Positions 47,473 to 58,418 are shown, counted from the stretch's first letter. The stretch: DNA of 64,000 nucleotides from Spirochaetia bacterium (GCA_963677925.2 CAXXYH010000003.1:704001-768000), one strand, 5' to 3'. The notes: generated from the letters alone by a model not told the origin. Numbers and translations are program-made.

Positions 47473-49023
47473 TTAGTAACCGCCGGATGGTCTTCCGGAG
47501 TTTTTCAAATAGTTGCCGGGAGTGATTCCCTCATAGCGCTTGAAAGCCCGGCTCATGGTGAGCGGATTACAGTATCCTACTATACTGGCGGCGTCCTTTA
47601 CACTGATGCCCTTGGCCATAAGTTTCTTGGCACTCTTCATTCTGAGCTTATGTATGTAATCAAGAGGTGAGATTCCGGTATATTTTTTGAATACTCTTGC
47701 GTAATAAGCGGAGTTAATTTCAAAATGGTTCGCGATCGCTGTGACATTTATATCCGGATCATTGTAATGTTTATCAATGTAGGACAAAGTATTCTCAAAC
47801 CACGAAGGCGGAAGTTCCTTATTCTTGTTTGAGAAATAATCAATAATAGCGTCAAAAATCATTATAAGCTGATCATGCAGTTCATCGAAGGTACCGCATG
47901 TAACAACCCTGGTAGTAGGATCCAGCTGCCTCATGAAATCTTCATCAATATCCTCTTTGATTAGTCCCATAGCATTTATCGCAGCATCGATTACTCCGTA
48001 AAGTCTGCACCGTGCCAGCAGAAGTGATGGATATTCACGTGAATAATCGTTTGTTATAAGTTCGGTAATTAAGGTTTTTGCATTCTCGAAGTCGCCGACC
48101 TGTATGCTGGTTATCAGTCTGCGGACTTCATCAAACTTATGGTAAGTAGCACCGAATTTGTACCAGCTGTCATGACTGACGTAATAATCAGTATATCGTA
48201 TTATTCGTGAATTATTCCCGGTGATGTACTTGTACTCAAAAGTACCGTACACCTCCTTATAAGTCTTTGGCAGATCATTGTAGCCGTCATGAAGTTCACT
48301 TATTACAGCAGAAAGGTAAACACCGTATTTTTCTTCCATAAACCGAAAAACTTTATTGGCAAAATTTTCTGCGATATCCTTATTTCTTTCAGCCTCATCT
48401 TTGTTGGAAGTGAAAGGCAGGTTGAAAACCGCTATATTGATATCTTCCAAATCAAGAACATATCCTGTCAGTTCAGCCGGAAGATTATCTTTCAGACTCT
48501 TACTTATTATTTCAGTTCGAACTTCATAATTAAGAGGATCCTCCTCCTTATGCACATCAAAACCTACAAGCAGGAAACCTGTTTCCGGGAAAAAGACATC
48601 ATATTCTTCCAGTTTTTTTAAAACAAGACTCAAATCCAGATCCAGACCTTTAAACAGCCTTATAAAATGTACATCTCTATCGATTAGGTTGAGTCTTTCC
48701 GCGTGGCTGTCCAGTTTTTCAAGCGAGTCTTCAAGAGTCTGACCGAGTTGCTCGATCCCTTCTATCTTAATAGATCTAGCCCCGAGTTTATTTACCAGCC
48801 TGCGCATTATTATTCTGGAATTCTGATATTTGATAGACTGCCGGAAAAAGATCATCATTATTCCTGCAAAGACGGCGGCCTGTACTACCGACAGAATCAG
48901 AAAAACAGAGACACTGAAGGAATTGAAAGCAAGCAGCGAGACGAGGACAAAGCAAATAAAGTAAAGTAGCAATCCGACTGTATATAGTATTCTGCTTTTT
49001 TTTATTGAATCAATTTTCAGCAA
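47473..49023 (-). CDS. Membrane-anchored AraC family regulator
   Basis: Two N-terminal TM helices; C-terminal 'YIDKHY.DPDI...YYARVFKKYTG...AKKL...VGY.N...RAFKRYEGITPG'. Confidence 0.88.
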   Translation of the reverse strand: MLKIDSIKKSRILYTVGLLLYFICFVLVSLLAFNSFSVSVFLILSVVQAAVFAGIMMIFFRQSIKYQNSRIIMRRLVNKLGARSIKIEGIEQLGQTLEDSLEKLDSHAERLNLIDRDVHFIRLFKGLDLDLSLVLKKLEEYDVFFPETGFLLVGFDVHKEEDPLNYEVRTEIISKSLKDNLPAELTGYVLDLEDINIAVFNLPFTSNKDEAERNKDIAENFANKVFRFMEEKYGVYLSAVISELHDGYNDLPKTYKEVYGTFEYKYITGNNSRIIRYTDYYVSHDSWYKFGATYHKFDEVRRLITSIQVGDFENAKTLITELITNDYSREYPSLLLARCRLYGVIDAAINAMGLIKEDIDEDFMRQLDPTTRVVTCGTFDELHDQLIMIFDAIIDYFSNKNKELPPSWFENTLSYIDKHYNDPDINVTAIANHFEINSAYYARVFKKYTGISPLDYIHKLRMKSAKKLMAKGISVKDAASIVGYCNPLTMSRAFKRYEGITPGNYLKNSGRPSGGY

Positions 49024-49137
49024 ACTGGATAAAACTCCTTAGAACAATCTGCAGTATTTATTATAATCCAGAATGAGGTATTAACAAGTTATTTTAATAA
49101 CTTCAAACGAATTAAAACTGCATAACAAATGAAAAAT

Positions 49138-49168
49138 AAAAAAATACCGGACTATTTCAGTCCGGTAT
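49138..49168 (-). terminator. Rho-independent terminator of the acyl-CoA operon
   Basis: ATACCGGACT-N5-AGTCCGGTAT with a T-run on the minus strand. Confidence 0.8.
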
Positions 49169-49182
49169 CTATTATGCAGTAA

Positions 49183-49851
49183 TCAGTCGAGATTTACAAT
49201 CTTAAAATCATCAGCTTTTACAACATCAGCATCAGTTGATTCAAGAACAAATTCTGCGGTATATGGAGCAAAAACTTCTTTCATAATGAATTTTCCGCCC
49301 TCAATTTTGAAGACTCCGACATCTGTAACAAGATAGTCTACCTGGTTTACAGCAGTCAGAGGAAGAGTACACTCTTTAAGGAGCTTTGATGTTCCGCTTT
49401 TTTCAAAGTGAACGCCGGCACAAATAACGGTCCGGGCACCGACAACCAGGTCCATAGCCCCCCCCATACCGGGAACCATTTTTCCGGGAATCTTGTAATT
49501 TGCCAGGTTTCCGTTCTGGTCAACCTGAAGCACACCAAGAACTGTGTAGTCTACATGACCGCCCCTGATTATACCGAAAGAAGTAGCTGAATCAAAGTAA
49601 CAGCCGCCGTCAAGCAGTGTTACAGGCATTCCGCCCGCATTAACAAGAGTCAGATCTTCCTCACCCTCGGCAGGTACAGGTCCAAGACCTAGAAAGCCGT
49701 TTTCAGACTGAAGGGTAATTTTCACATCCTCAGGAATATAGTTACCTACAAGGGTAGGAAGACCGATTCCGAGGTTAACCACATCACCGTTGCTGAAAAA
49801 CTGTGCAATTCTTTTTGCGATTATTTCTTTATTTGGCGTATACTCCATCAC
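49183..49851 (-). CDS. atoA: 3-oxoacid/acetate CoA-transferase subunit B
   Basis: 'VNLGIGLPT', catalytic 'SENG', 'IRGGH', 'GMGGAMDL'. Confidence 0.9.
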   Translation of the reverse strand: MMEYTPNKEIIAKRIAQFFSNGDVVNLGIGLPTLVGNYIPEDVKITLQSENGFLGLGPVPAEGEEDLTLVNAGGMPVTLLDGGCYFDSATSFGIIRGGHVDYTVLGVLQVDQNGNLANYKIPGKMVPGMGGAMDLVVGARTVICAGVHFEKSGTSKLLKECTLPLTAVNQVDYLVTDVGVFKIEGGKFIMKEVFAPYTAEFVLESTDADVVKADDFKIVNLD

Positions 49852-50525
49852 TTATCCCCCTGTACAAGAAAATTAACAAAAACTGCGGGAGTAATGATAG
49901 TTTCAGGATCAAGCTCACCTATTTCAACAATTTCATCAGCCTCAACAATAACAATTTCACATGCAGTTGCCATCATAGGGTTAAAATTTCTTGCAGACTT
50001 GGAATATACAACATTGCCGGCCTTATCTGCTTTTGATGCCTTTATAAGCGCAACATTTCCTTTCAGAGGTTTCTCAAGAATATACTTAATTCCATCCTCT
50101 TCAATAACTGTTTTACCGATTTCAACTTCAGTACCGACTCCTGTAGGAGTGAGAAACCCGCCGAGACCGCATCCGCCTGCACGAATCTTCTCGGCAAGAG
50201 TTCCCTGAGGAACAAGCTCAACTTCAGTTTCTTCAGCTATCATCTGACGCTGGATTTCCTGATTTAGTCCGATATGCGAAGCAATTACTTTTTTGAACTG
50301 CTTGTCGCGGATATTTGCATAAACACCGTTCTGCTTACCCATTTTCTCATTATCCCATCCGCAGTCGGTGGAAATAAGAGTCATGTCTTTTCTGCCGCTG
50401 TCTTTCAATGCTTTTAGAAGTTTAGGCGCAGCTCCGCAGCCCATGAATCCGCCGGACATTACAATATCGCCGTCGGAAATCTTTTTAACAGCTTCCTCAG
50501 CGGTTAAAATTTCTTTTTCAACCAT
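49848..50525 (-). CDS. atoD: 3-oxoacid/acetate CoA-transferase subunit A
   Basis: 'GGFMGCG', 'ASHIG', 'PQGTLAEKIRAGG', 'ARNFNP'. Confidence 0.9.
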   Translation of the reverse strand: MVEKEILTAEEAVKKISDGDIVMSGGFMGCGAAPKLLKALKDSGRKDMTLISTDCGWDNEKMGKQNGVYANIRDKQFKKVIASHIGLNQEIQRQMIAEETEVELVPQGTLAEKIRAGGCGLGGFLTPTGVGTEVEIGKTVIEEDGIKYILEKPLKGNVALIKASKADKAGNVVYSKSARNFNPMMATACEIVIVEADEIVEIGELDPETIITPAVFVNFLVQGDK

Positions 50526-50537
50526 TATATACTATCC

Positions 50538-51719
50538 TTATACCATTTCTATACAGAGCGCAGCACCCATACCGCCGCCGATACAGAGTGTGGCAAGACC
50601 CTTCTTAAGGCCTCTCTTTTTCATTTCGTGAACTAGAGTAACAAGGATTCTTGTGCCGCTTGCGCCAATTGGATGACCTATTGCAATCGCTCCGCCGTTA
50701 ACATTCACGATTGACTCATCCCAGCCGAGGGCCTTGTTTACAGACATTGCCTGTGCAGCAAACGCTTCATTTGCTTCAACAAGTTCAAGCTCAGAAATAC
50801 TCCATCCAGCCTTATCCAGGGCTTTTTTTACAGCCTCCACGGGTCCGTACCCCATTATAGAAGGATCAACACCTGCAACACCGTAAGAAACAACCTTAGC
50901 CAGGGGTTTAAGATTCTTTTCTTTAACATATTCACCTGAAGCAACAAGGAAGGCAGCAGCACCATCATTAACACCCGAAGCGTTTCCGGCGGTAACCGTA
51001 CCGTCTTTCTTAAAGGCCGGTTTAAGTTTTCCAAGAGATTCTGCAGTTACTCCGTCTCTGATAAACTCATCAGTATCAAAAACAACAGGATCACCCTTTC
51101 TCTGAGGAATCATGTAGGGGATTATTTCATCTTTGAATTTGCCTGCTTTTCTTGCAGCCTCGGCCTTGTTCTGCGAAGCAGCAGCAAATTCGTCCTGAGC
51201 TTCTCTTGTAAGTTCAAATTTTTCTGCAAGATTTTCAGCAGTGATTCCCATATGGTAATCATTGAATGCATCCCAAAGCCCGTCATTAACCATTGTATCG
51301 ATCATAGGACTGTTGCCCATACGGTAGCCGTATCTTGCTTTTGTAAGAGCATAAGGAGACATTGACATATTCTCTGTACCGCCGGCAACTATAAGATCAG
51401 CATCTCCGCACTTGATGCTCTGAGCTGCAGTCATTATTGTTCTAAGACCTGAACCGCAGACCATGTTAAGTGTAATTGCAGTCTTTTCAACAGGAATACC
51501 AGCTTTAACAGAAACCTGTCTTGAAATGTTCTGCCCAAGTGCCCCTTGAAGGACACAGCCGAACTGCACTTCGTCAACATCTGAAGGCTCGATACCCTGT
51601 CTTTCAAGAAGATTCTTAATAACAGCAGCACCAAGGTCTCCTGGATTTACCGCGGAAAGTGTTCCGCCGAAGGAACCGACAGCAGTTCTTCCGCCGTCAA
51701 CTAAATAAACATCTTTCAT
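50538..51719 (-). CDS. thlA: Acetyl-CoA C-acetyltransferase (thiolase)
   Basis: 'NMVCGSGL', 'NEAFAAQ', 'GHPIGASG', 'LCIGGGMG'. ATG 51719. Confidence 0.93.
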   Translation of the reverse strand: MKDVYLVDGGRTAVGSFGGTLSAVNPGDLGAAVIKNLLERQGIEPSDVDEVQFGCVLQGALGQNISRQVSVKAGIPVEKTAITLNMVCGSGLRTIMTAAQSIKCGDADLIVAGGTENMSMSPYALTKARYGYRMGNSPMIDTMVNDGLWDAFNDYHMGITAENLAEKFELTREAQDEFAAASQNKAEAARKAGKFKDEIIPYMIPQRKGDPVVFDTDEFIRDGVTAESLGKLKPAFKKDGTVTAGNASGVNDGAAAFLVASGEYVKEKNLKPLAKVVSYGVAGVDPSIMGYGPVEAVKKALDKAGWSISELELVEANEAFAAQAMSVNKALGWDESIVNVNGGAIAIGHPIGASGTRILVTLVHEMKKRGLKKGLATLCIGGGMGAALCIEMV

Positions 51720-51793
51720 ATTCTTCACCTGTATTTGTAAAATAAATTGTTGTGAAAATAGTAACAATAAATCAAAAAATAGTCATTACACAA

Positions 51794-52645
51794 TTATTTA
51801 TAATTATGCCAGCCTTCACCCGACTTTCTTCCGAACTTACCTTCCGCAACAAGTTTCTTTACTGATTCAGGAGTTGCCCAACCGGTCACAGGAAGAGCTT
51901 CCATTGTTTCGCATACATGAGGGAAGGTATCCAGACCTGAAAGATCCATCATCTCGAAAGGGCCCAGTGGATGATTAAGTCCCATCTTAATTGCTGTATC
52001 GATATCTTCAATTGAAGCTACACCGTCTTCATAACAGTGGATAGCCTCAAGCATAAAAGCAAAAAGACATCTGTTTACAATAAAACCCGGAGTGTCGGTC
52101 TTACACTCAACCGGACTTTTTCCCATACCGAGGCCTACTTCCTTTACGGCTTCAACAGTTGCATCAGAAGTTTTATCGCCGCGAATAATCTCAACCAGCT
52201 TCATAGCTGTCACCGGAAAGAAAAAGTGCATACCGGCACCTCTTTCTGGGTTCTTCATATCCGACATAATGTCTGTAATCGACATCGAAGAAGTATTTGT
52301 ACACATAACTGCATCAGGACGGCAGATTTCGCCCAGTTCCTTAAATATGCTTTTCTTGATATCAAGTATTTCAACAGCTGCTTCGATGACCATGTCACAG
52401 TCTTTAAGATCAGCCATGTTTTCCGTGGTTGAGATATTTGCCATAGTTGCAGCAACATCTTCTGCCTTTGCCTTTCCGGCCGCAACTCTCTTATCAAGAC
52501 CGGCCTGCATCTTGGCAATTGCCTTGTCGCAGAACTCCTGCTTTATATCTCGAAGGATTACTGAATACCCCTTCGAAGCTGCTATCTGGGCAATCCCTGC
52601 GCCCATCTGTCCGGCGCCAAGAACACCGATTGTTTTAATTTCCAT
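51794..52645 (-). CDS. hbd: 3-hydroxybutyryl/hydroxyacyl-CoA dehydrogenase
   Basis: 'GAGQMGAGIA', 'TNTSS', 'GMHFF', 'PGFIVNR', 'GRKSGEG'. Confidence 0.88.
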   Translation of the reverse strand: MEIKTIGVLGAGQMGAGIAQIAASKGYSVILRDIKQEFCDKAIAKMQAGLDKRVAAGKAKAEDVAATMANISTTENMADLKDCDMVIEAAVEILDIKKSIFKELGEICRPDAVMCTNTSSMSITDIMSDMKNPERGAGMHFFFPVTAMKLVEIIRGDKTSDATVEAVKEVGLGMGKSPVECKTDTPGFIVNRCLFAFMLEAIHCYEDGVASIEDIDTAIKMGLNHPLGPFEMMDLSGLDTFPHVCETMEALPVTGWATPESVKKLVAEGKFGRKSGEGWHNYK

Positions 52646-52675
52646 CGTATTTCCTCCAAAAAATTACGAAATATT

Positions 52676-53518
52676 TTATGTGTAATCGTACCAGCCCTTC
52701 CCTGTCTTCTTACCGAGTCGTCCGGCTTTCACCAGTTCTTTTAGAGAACGCGGAGCTTTCCATTGCTGTCCGATTTCTTTTTCATAGTATTCAAGTCCGC
52801 TTAAGATCACATCAAGTCCAATAATATCAGCCAATGCAAAGGGGCCGATAGGAAGGTAGGTTGTAGTCATCGCCTTATCTATATCTTCTATTGATGCCAG
52901 ACCTTCTTCATGTGCTTTAAAAGCTTCAATAAAAAGCGGAGTGTATATCCTGTTTGCTATAAATCCGGGAGAGTCTTTTTTCACATCTACGCAGAGCTTT
53001 CCCATTCTTTCTGCAACTTCACGGCAGACAGCCATAGAAGCAGGACTTGTATAATATCCCTTTGTTATTTCTATGAGCTTTGAGGGAGGAAGAAAAAAAT
53101 GCATTCCGCAGACGGATTCAGGTCTTTTAGTGGCAGCTGCTATTGAAGTGATTGAATAAGTGGAAGTACTGGATGTAAGAACAACTGAGCCCTTGCAGAT
53201 TTCGTCCAGTTTTTTAAAAACTGAATTTTTTATATCCAGATTTTCGGCTACAACTTCTATTACAAAATCAACATCTTCATAGCCTTCGTAGCGGCTTGTA
53301 CAGCTGATCAGATTAAAGGCGGTATCAGCATCAGCTTTTGCAACTTTACCTTTTACCGACATTTTATCCAGTTGATCTCTTATATGCAGCATTGCCTTTT
53401 CAAGGCTATCATCCGAAATATCTTCAAGTATCACCGGATAGCCGGCAAGCGCAGCAGTGACCGCTATACCGCTGCCCATCTTTCCTGCACCGCAGATACC
53501 TATTTTTTCTACTGCCAC
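52676..53518 (-). CDS. 3-hydroxyacyl-CoA dehydrogenase paralog
   Basis: 'GAGKMGSGIA', 'GMHFFLP', 'PGFIANR', 'GKKTGKG'. GTG start. Confidence 0.87.
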   Translation of the reverse strand: MAVEKIGICGAGKMGSGIAVTAALAGYPVILEDISDDSLEKAMLHIRDQLDKMSVKGKVAKADADTAFNLISCTSRYEGYEDVDFVIEVVAENLDIKNSVFKKLDEICKGSVVLTSSTSTYSITSIAAATKRPESVCGMHFFLPPSKLIEITKGYYTSPASMAVCREVAERMGKLCVDVKKDSPGFIANRIYTPLFIEAFKAHEEGLASIEDIDKAMTTTYLPIGPFALADIIGLDVILSGLEYYEKEIGQQWKAPRSLKELVKAGRLGKKTGKGWYDYT

Positions 53519-53528
53519 CCTGCTGCTC

Positions 53529-54311
53529 CTAAACCCAGGCAGTCTGTCCGCCGTCTATAACGACATACTGTCCTGTCATATACTTTGATGCATCAGAGGC
53601 AAGAAAAACTGCGGCACCCTTTAAATCATCATCGGTTCCATATCTGCTTAAGGGAATCCTGGGAATCAGCATGTCTGCTTTAGCTTCAAGCAGTTTGTCA
53701 TTCAGACTTGTAGGGAACCATCCGGGGCAGATTGCATTAACGGTAATTCCATAACGTGCCCATTTAACAGCAAGATCCCTGGTCATATTAATTACCGCAC
53801 CTTTACTTGCTGTGTAGGGAACAGAGTCGACGCTCTCCGGAATATCTCCGCCCAGGCCCCCGATTGAAGCGATATTTATAATTTTACCGCTCCCCATTTT
53901 TTTCATTTCACGTGCAGCAATAGCCGACAGCTGAAAGGTTCCGTTTACATTAAGATTCATTACTTTCTGAAACTTGTCCATGGGAAAATCAAGAGAATCC
54001 GTTACCCAGCTTATTCCTGCATTGTTTACCAGGATGTCAATGCTGCCGAGTTCTCTGATTGCCGTATCCACAAGATTCTGGCAGTCGGTTTCAATACTGA
54101 CATCACAGGCAACAGGCAGGGCCTTTATGCCCAGTCCTTCAAGCCTTTCACAGAGCTCGATACATCTTTCAACTTTTCTTGCGGCGATAACAACATTTGC
54201 ACCAGCCTCAGCAAGTCCCTCTGCCATCTGGGCACCGAGACCTACTGAACCGCCGGTTATAACTGCATTCTTTCCGCTTAAATCAAACAACTGCTTTACA
54301 TTCAATTTCAT
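53529..54311 (-). CDS. SDR oxidoreductase (gluconate-5-dehydrogenase-like)
   Basis: 'TGGSVGLG', 'NNAG', 'YTASKG', 'PGWF'. Confidence 0.9.
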   Translation of the reverse strand: MKLNVKQLFDLSGKNAVITGGSVGLGAQMAEGLAEAGANVVIAARKVERCIELCERLEGLGIKALPVACDVSIETDCQNLVDTAIRELGSIDILVNNAGISWVTDSLDFPMDKFQKVMNLNVNGTFQLSAIAAREMKKMGSGKIINIASIGGLGGDIPESVDSVPYTASKGAVINMTRDLAVKWARYGITVNAICPGWFPTSLNDKLLEAKADMLIPRIPLSRYGTDDDLKGAAVFLASDASKYMTGQYVVIDGGQTAWV

Positions 54312-54320
54312 CTTCCGGAT

Positions 54321-55100
54321 TTATTTATTAGTAAAGTTCGGTTTTCTTTTCTCAACGAAGGCAGTCATACCTTCCTTCTGATCCGGACTTGTGAAAGCAA
54401 GCGCAAACTTATGCTGTTCATACTTACGACCGGTATCCAGATTATAATTGGCACCGAAATTAACAGCCTCCTTAGCAAGACCAAGAGCGTATTTTGGAGA
54501 CTTGCAGAGCATAGCTGCATATTCTTTAGCTGTATCAAGAACCTTGCCGTCCTCAACCATTTTAGTGATTAGTCCGATTTCAAGAGCCTTGGGAGCCTTA
54601 ACAGTTTTTCCTGTAAATATAAGCTCTTTAGCACGTGATGCACCGATAAGCTGAGCAAGTCTCTGGGTTCCGCCTGCTCCCGGAATTATTCCGAGAGTAA
54701 TTTCCGGCAATCCGAAAAAAGCGCCTTCACCGGCAATTCTGAAATCACAGCTGAGTGCAAGCTCACATCCGCCGCCGAGCGTTGGACCGTTGATGGCAGC
54801 GATTACAGGAATCGAGAGATTTTCAATTGTTGTAAAGTTGCTGTGCGCAAGTGAACAGTTATTGTAGGCTGCCTGGGCGTCGGCCTCAAGAAGTTCGGTA
54901 ACATCAGCTCCGGCAACGAACACCTTTGGGCTTCCGGTAATAATAAGAACACGGATACTCTCATCTTCTTTTATTTCTTCAAGAAGTTTCTCAATCTCAA
55001 GATTAGTCTCAGTGTTCATTGCATTATATGCTTTGGGACGGTTGATTGTAAGGATACCGATTCCGTCTTCAATGTTGTAAATAATATTCTTGAATTCCAT
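54321..55100 (-). CDS. crt: Enoyl-CoA hydratase (crotonase)
   Basis: 'FVAGAD', 'GGGCELALSCD', 'PEITLGIIPGAGGTQRL', with both catalytic Glu present. Confidence 0.9.
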   Translation of the reverse strand: MEFKNIIYNIEDGIGILTINRPKAYNAMNTETNLEIEKLLEEIKEDESIRVLIITGSPKVFVAGADVTELLEADAQAAYNNCSLAHSNFTTIENLSIPVIAAINGPTLGGGCELALSCDFRIAGEGAFFGLPEITLGIIPGAGGTQRLAQLIGASRAKELIFTGKTVKAPKALEIGLITKMVEDGKVLDTAKEYAAMLCKSPKYALGLAKEAVNFGANYNLDTGRKYEQHKFALAFTSPDQKEGMTAFVEKRKPNFTNK

Positions 55101-56227
55101 TATACTGCACCTGATAATTTTGTTTTAAACTGATCAAAGCCCTTCCAGACCAGATCATATGTCATCACTTTAGGTTCATCGATTCCCTGCAGGACCCTTG
55201 CAGCACCGTTTGCCAGGGCTTCCATTTCAAACTCACCCGGGTATACTACAAAATCAGCAATAAAACCAACCTTCTCTTTCAGGATTTTTACCAGGTTTTC
55301 GTCATACACGATTCCCCCTGTAAGAACAATCCTGTCTACCCTGCCTTCAAGGACTGCAGCGAAAGATCCTATGGATTTTGCAATCTGATGAATCAGACCG
55401 TGATAAACCAGCTCGGCATACTTGTCGCCTTCGGCTATCATCGCTTTAACTTCACGTATATCACTCGTTCCAAGGTGGTTGACAACGCCCCCATCCTTTG
55501 TCAGTAAGGTCTTAAGTTCTTTATGACTGTACTTTCCGGAGAACGCAAGAGCCAGGATAGCACCGGTAGCCATAGTTCCAGCGCGGGTCGGAGACATTGG
55601 ACAGTCACCATTAAGTATGTCGGTACCGTCAACCATCTTCCCTTTCTTATGAGCAGCTACAGAAATACCGCCTCCGATATGGGCAATAACAAAATTGCAT
55701 TCTTCGTATTTCTTTCCAAGTGTTGCAGCTGCTCTGAGTCCGACTTCCTTGTGGCTTAGTGCATGGATACGGCTTTCACGGCAGATATCCGCAAGACCTG
55801 AGATCCTTGCCACTGGTTCAAACTCATCAACATCAGGCGGATTGACGATAAAAGCGCGTTTTCCATACTCTCTGGATAAAGCGTCAGAAATCAGAGGACC
55901 AAGAGTTGCCGGATGAAAATCATATTTCTTTGCGTTGGCAATTATCACATCGTTAATTTCATAGGTACCGCCTTCGCAGGATTGCTGTCCGCCGCCCCTT
56001 CCAACGAAACCATCAAATTCTTCCATAGCATAACCTTCATTCTTAAGAGCATCCATGATCATATCTTTACGATAGTCAAACTGATCAGAAATTTCCGCAA
56101 ACTCTTTCAGCTTTTCAGCATCATGAGTTATGTTCAGATCGAATACCTTATCTTCACCTTCAAAAACAGCAATCTTTGTCGAGGTTGACCCCGGATTGAT
56201 TGCCAGCAATTTTAATTTCTCCGCCAT
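55100..56227 (-). CDS. buk: Butyrate (branched-chain carboxylate) kinase
   Basis: 'INPGSTSTK', 'VGRGG', 'HALSHK', 'HIGGGISV', 'YPGEFEMEALA'. Confidence 0.92.
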   Translation of the reverse strand: MAEKLKLLAINPGSTSTKIAVFEGEDKVFDLNITHDAEKLKEFAEISDQFDYRKDMIMDALKNEGYAMEEFDGFVGRGGGQQSCEGGTYEINDVIIANAKKYDFHPATLGPLISDALSREYGKRAFIVNPPDVDEFEPVARISGLADICRESRIHALSHKEVGLRAAATLGKKYEECNFVIAHIGGGISVAAHKKGKMVDGTDILNGDCPMSPTRAGTMATGAILALAFSGKYSHKELKTLLTKDGGVVNHLGTSDIREVKAMIAEGDKYAELVYHGLIHQIAKSIGSFAAVLEGRVDRIVLTGGIVYDENLVKILKEKVGFIADFVVYPGEFEMEALANGAARVLQGIDEPKVMTYDLVWKGFDQFKTKLSGAV

Positions 56228-56264
56228 TAATATACCGCCTGTAATTTATTTTGATTTGGTGCTG

Positions 56265-57167
56265 CTATACCTTCAGCGATGAAGCAAGCACAGCTGAGTA
56301 ATACTTTTCTTCAGTGCTTGATGCTCTTGAAGTAAGTATGATAGGAACCTTGGCTCCTACAATGAATCCTCCGGCCTTCGCACTGGCTGAAAAAGTAAGA
56401 CACTTAACTAAAGAGTTAGCGACAGCAATGTTATGACAAAGAAGCATGTCGGCATCTCCGGCAACCGGACTTTCGTATCCCTTGATTTCTGAAGATTCCT
56501 TATTAACAGCAAGATCATAGGAGATAGGACCTTCGATGTAACAGCCGGGTATTTCACCTGTGCCGTTAAGCTTTTTAAGTTCTCCGGCGTCAACGGATTC
56601 AGGCATCTTGGGATTAACACTGTCAACCGCAGCAAGAACCCCTACCTTGATATCATCGAAACCCATCCCCTTAAGTGCACCTACTGTGTTCTGAAGTATC
56701 TGTTTCTTCTTCTCGAGATCCGGATAGGTAACCATGGCCGCATCAGAGACACATATAAGTTTATGGTAAGTGGGGATTTCAAAAACAAGCATGTGCGACA
56801 TCAGACTGCCGGTTCTCAGATTGTTTTCTTCGCTGATGATGGCACGCATCAGATCAGCAGTCTGAATTTTACCCTTCATGATTGCATCAGCTTTTCCGGC
56901 ATGAACAAGTTCCACCATTTTCTTCAGTGTTTCAGCCTCATCAGCCGCCGGAACAATTTCATACTCGCAATAATCTCTGTAGGGTTTTACAAGCTCTTCA
57001 ATTTTATCCTTATCACCGATCAGCAGAGGTTTTGCTATTCCATCTCTTCCGGCCATCATAATGGCGTTAAGCGTATGGTCTTCATCAGCACATACTACGG
57101 CAATATTTTTCTTTACAGCATTTTTAATATTTTTATCGATTAATTCATCAAAATTCTTATAAACCAT
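56265..57167 (-). CDS. ptb: Phosphate butyryl/acyltransferase
   Basis: 'IMKGKIQT', 'EGPISYDLA', 'VGAKVPIILTSRA'; adjacent to buk. Confidence 0.9.
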   Translation of the reverse strand: MVYKNFDELIDKNIKNAVKKNIAVVCADEDHTLNAIMMAGRDGIAKPLLIGDKDKIEELVKPYRDYCEYEIVPAADEAETLKKMVELVHAGKADAIMKGKIQTADLMRAIISEENNLRTGSLMSHMLVFEIPTYHKLICVSDAAMVTYPDLEKKKQILQNTVGALKGMGFDDIKVGVLAAVDSVNPKMPESVDAGELKKLNGTGEIPGCYIEGPISYDLAVNKESSEIKGYESPVAGDADMLLCHNIAVANSLVKCLTFSASAKAGGFIVGAKVPIILTSRASSTEEKYYSAVLASSLKV

Positions 57168-57251
57168 TTCGCACCTGCTAATATAAACACAGCTGACAAT
57201 ATCCTTATTCCCGGGTACTCATCAGCTGTGCCTAATTTTTTGTTGGATTTA

Positions 57252-58418
57252 TTATCTTTCGATAACTACAGAAACACCCATACCGCCGCCGCAGCAGAAA
57301 GTAACAAGACCAGTGGAAAGGTCACGGCGTTTGAGCTCATATACCATCTTGGTGAGAAGAACTGCACCGGTTCCGGCAAGAGGATGACCAAGGGCAATTG
57401 CTCCGCCGTTAACATTCAGCTTGCTCATGTCAAAATCGATTTCCCTGAGAACTGCAAGTGACTGAGCAGCGAAAGCTTCATTCATCTCGATAAGGTCGAT
57501 GTCGCCGAGTGTCATTCCTGAGTTTTCAAGAAGTTTCTTTGTTGCGTAGTAAGGACCGATACCCATAATTCGGGGTTCAACACCTGCTGAAGCATATGCC
57601 TTCATGGTTCCGAGGATTTCAAGACCCATTGCCTTTGCCTTCTCTTTTTCCATTACTACAACAGCACCTGCACCGTCACTCATCGGTGAGCTGTTTCCTG
57701 CTGTTGTTACATAACCTTCACCTTTCTGAACGGTTCTGAGTTTCCCAAGAGATTCAACAGTTGAATCAGGACGTACACATTCATCTTTATCAACTATGTA
57801 GCTGCCCTTTCTTTCCTTAACCTCAACAGGAACTATCTGGCTGTCAAAGTGACCGGCTTTCTGAGCTGCATCAGCTCTTTTATGACTTTCTGCTGCGAAT
57901 GCATCACATTCTTCACGTGTAATTCCGTATTTCTCAGCGAGGTTGTCGGCAGTCTCAACCATTGAATCCTGTCCGTACTCTGCAGGACATGTAACAATGT
58001 TTGACCACTGCGGAGGCATGACCTGGTATGGAGCTGTAGGCTTGTCCATTGTATAGGTTCTTCGTGAATCACTTTCAACACCACCGGCTACCATTACATC
58101 AGCATAACCTGTCTGGATAGCCATTGTTGCATATGCAAAACCTGTCAAAGAGGCACCGCACTGTCTGTCAAGTGAAATACCGGGAACGCTCATAGGAAGA
58201 CCAGCCTGAAGAGCTACCATTCTACCCATGTTGTTTATATTGTGTCCCATAAGGTTACTGAAGATAACCTCATCAATTTCTTTCGGATCTACTCCGCTTC
58301 TCTTTACTGCTTCTCTACATGCAATTGCACCAAGTTCTTCAACCGGAACAGGTGCCAATACTCCGCGGCATCTTCCAACGGGAGTTCTTGCTGCTGCAAC
58401 TATTACTGCTTCTCTCAT
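57252..58418 (-). CDS. Acetyl-CoA C-acyltransferase (degradative-type thiolase paralog)
   Basis: 'DRQCGASL', 'NEAFAAQ', 'GHPLAGTG', 'FCCGGGMG'. Confidence 0.92.
   Translation of the reverse strand: MREAVIVAAARTPVGRCRGVLAPVPVEELGAIACREAVKRSGVDPKEIDEVIFSNLMGHNINNMGRMVALQAGLPMSVPGISLDRQCGASLTGFAYATMAIQTGYADVMVAGGVESDSRRTYTMDKPTAPYQVMPPQWSNIVTCPAEYGQDSMVETADNLAEKYGITREECDAFAAESHKRADAAQKAGHFDSQIVPVEVKERKGSYIVDKDECVRPDSTVESLGKLRTVQKGEGYVTTAGNSSPMSDGAGAVVVMEKEKAKAMGLEILGTMKAYASAGVEPRIMGIGPYYATKKLLENSGMTLGDIDLIEMNEAFAAQSLAVLREIDFDMSKLNVNGGAIALGHPLAGTGAVLLTKMVYELKRRDLSTGLVTFCCGGGMGVSVVIER

Noticed and set aside
49458-49465. C8 homopolymer as a phase-variation tract
   Set aside because: It encodes the conserved MGGAM motif of the CoA-transferase in frame.
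52092-52685. Long antisense or alternate-frame ORFs (also 45454-46071, 14777-15271, 9263-9715 and others)
   Set aside because: They are shadows of well-supported genes with no motifs or RBS.
57188-57230. CACAGCTGA...TCAGCTGTG inverted repeat between thiolase and ptb as an ncRNA or riboswitch
   Set aside because: Short stem with a large loop and no recognisable aptamer; at most an mRNA-processing hairpin.
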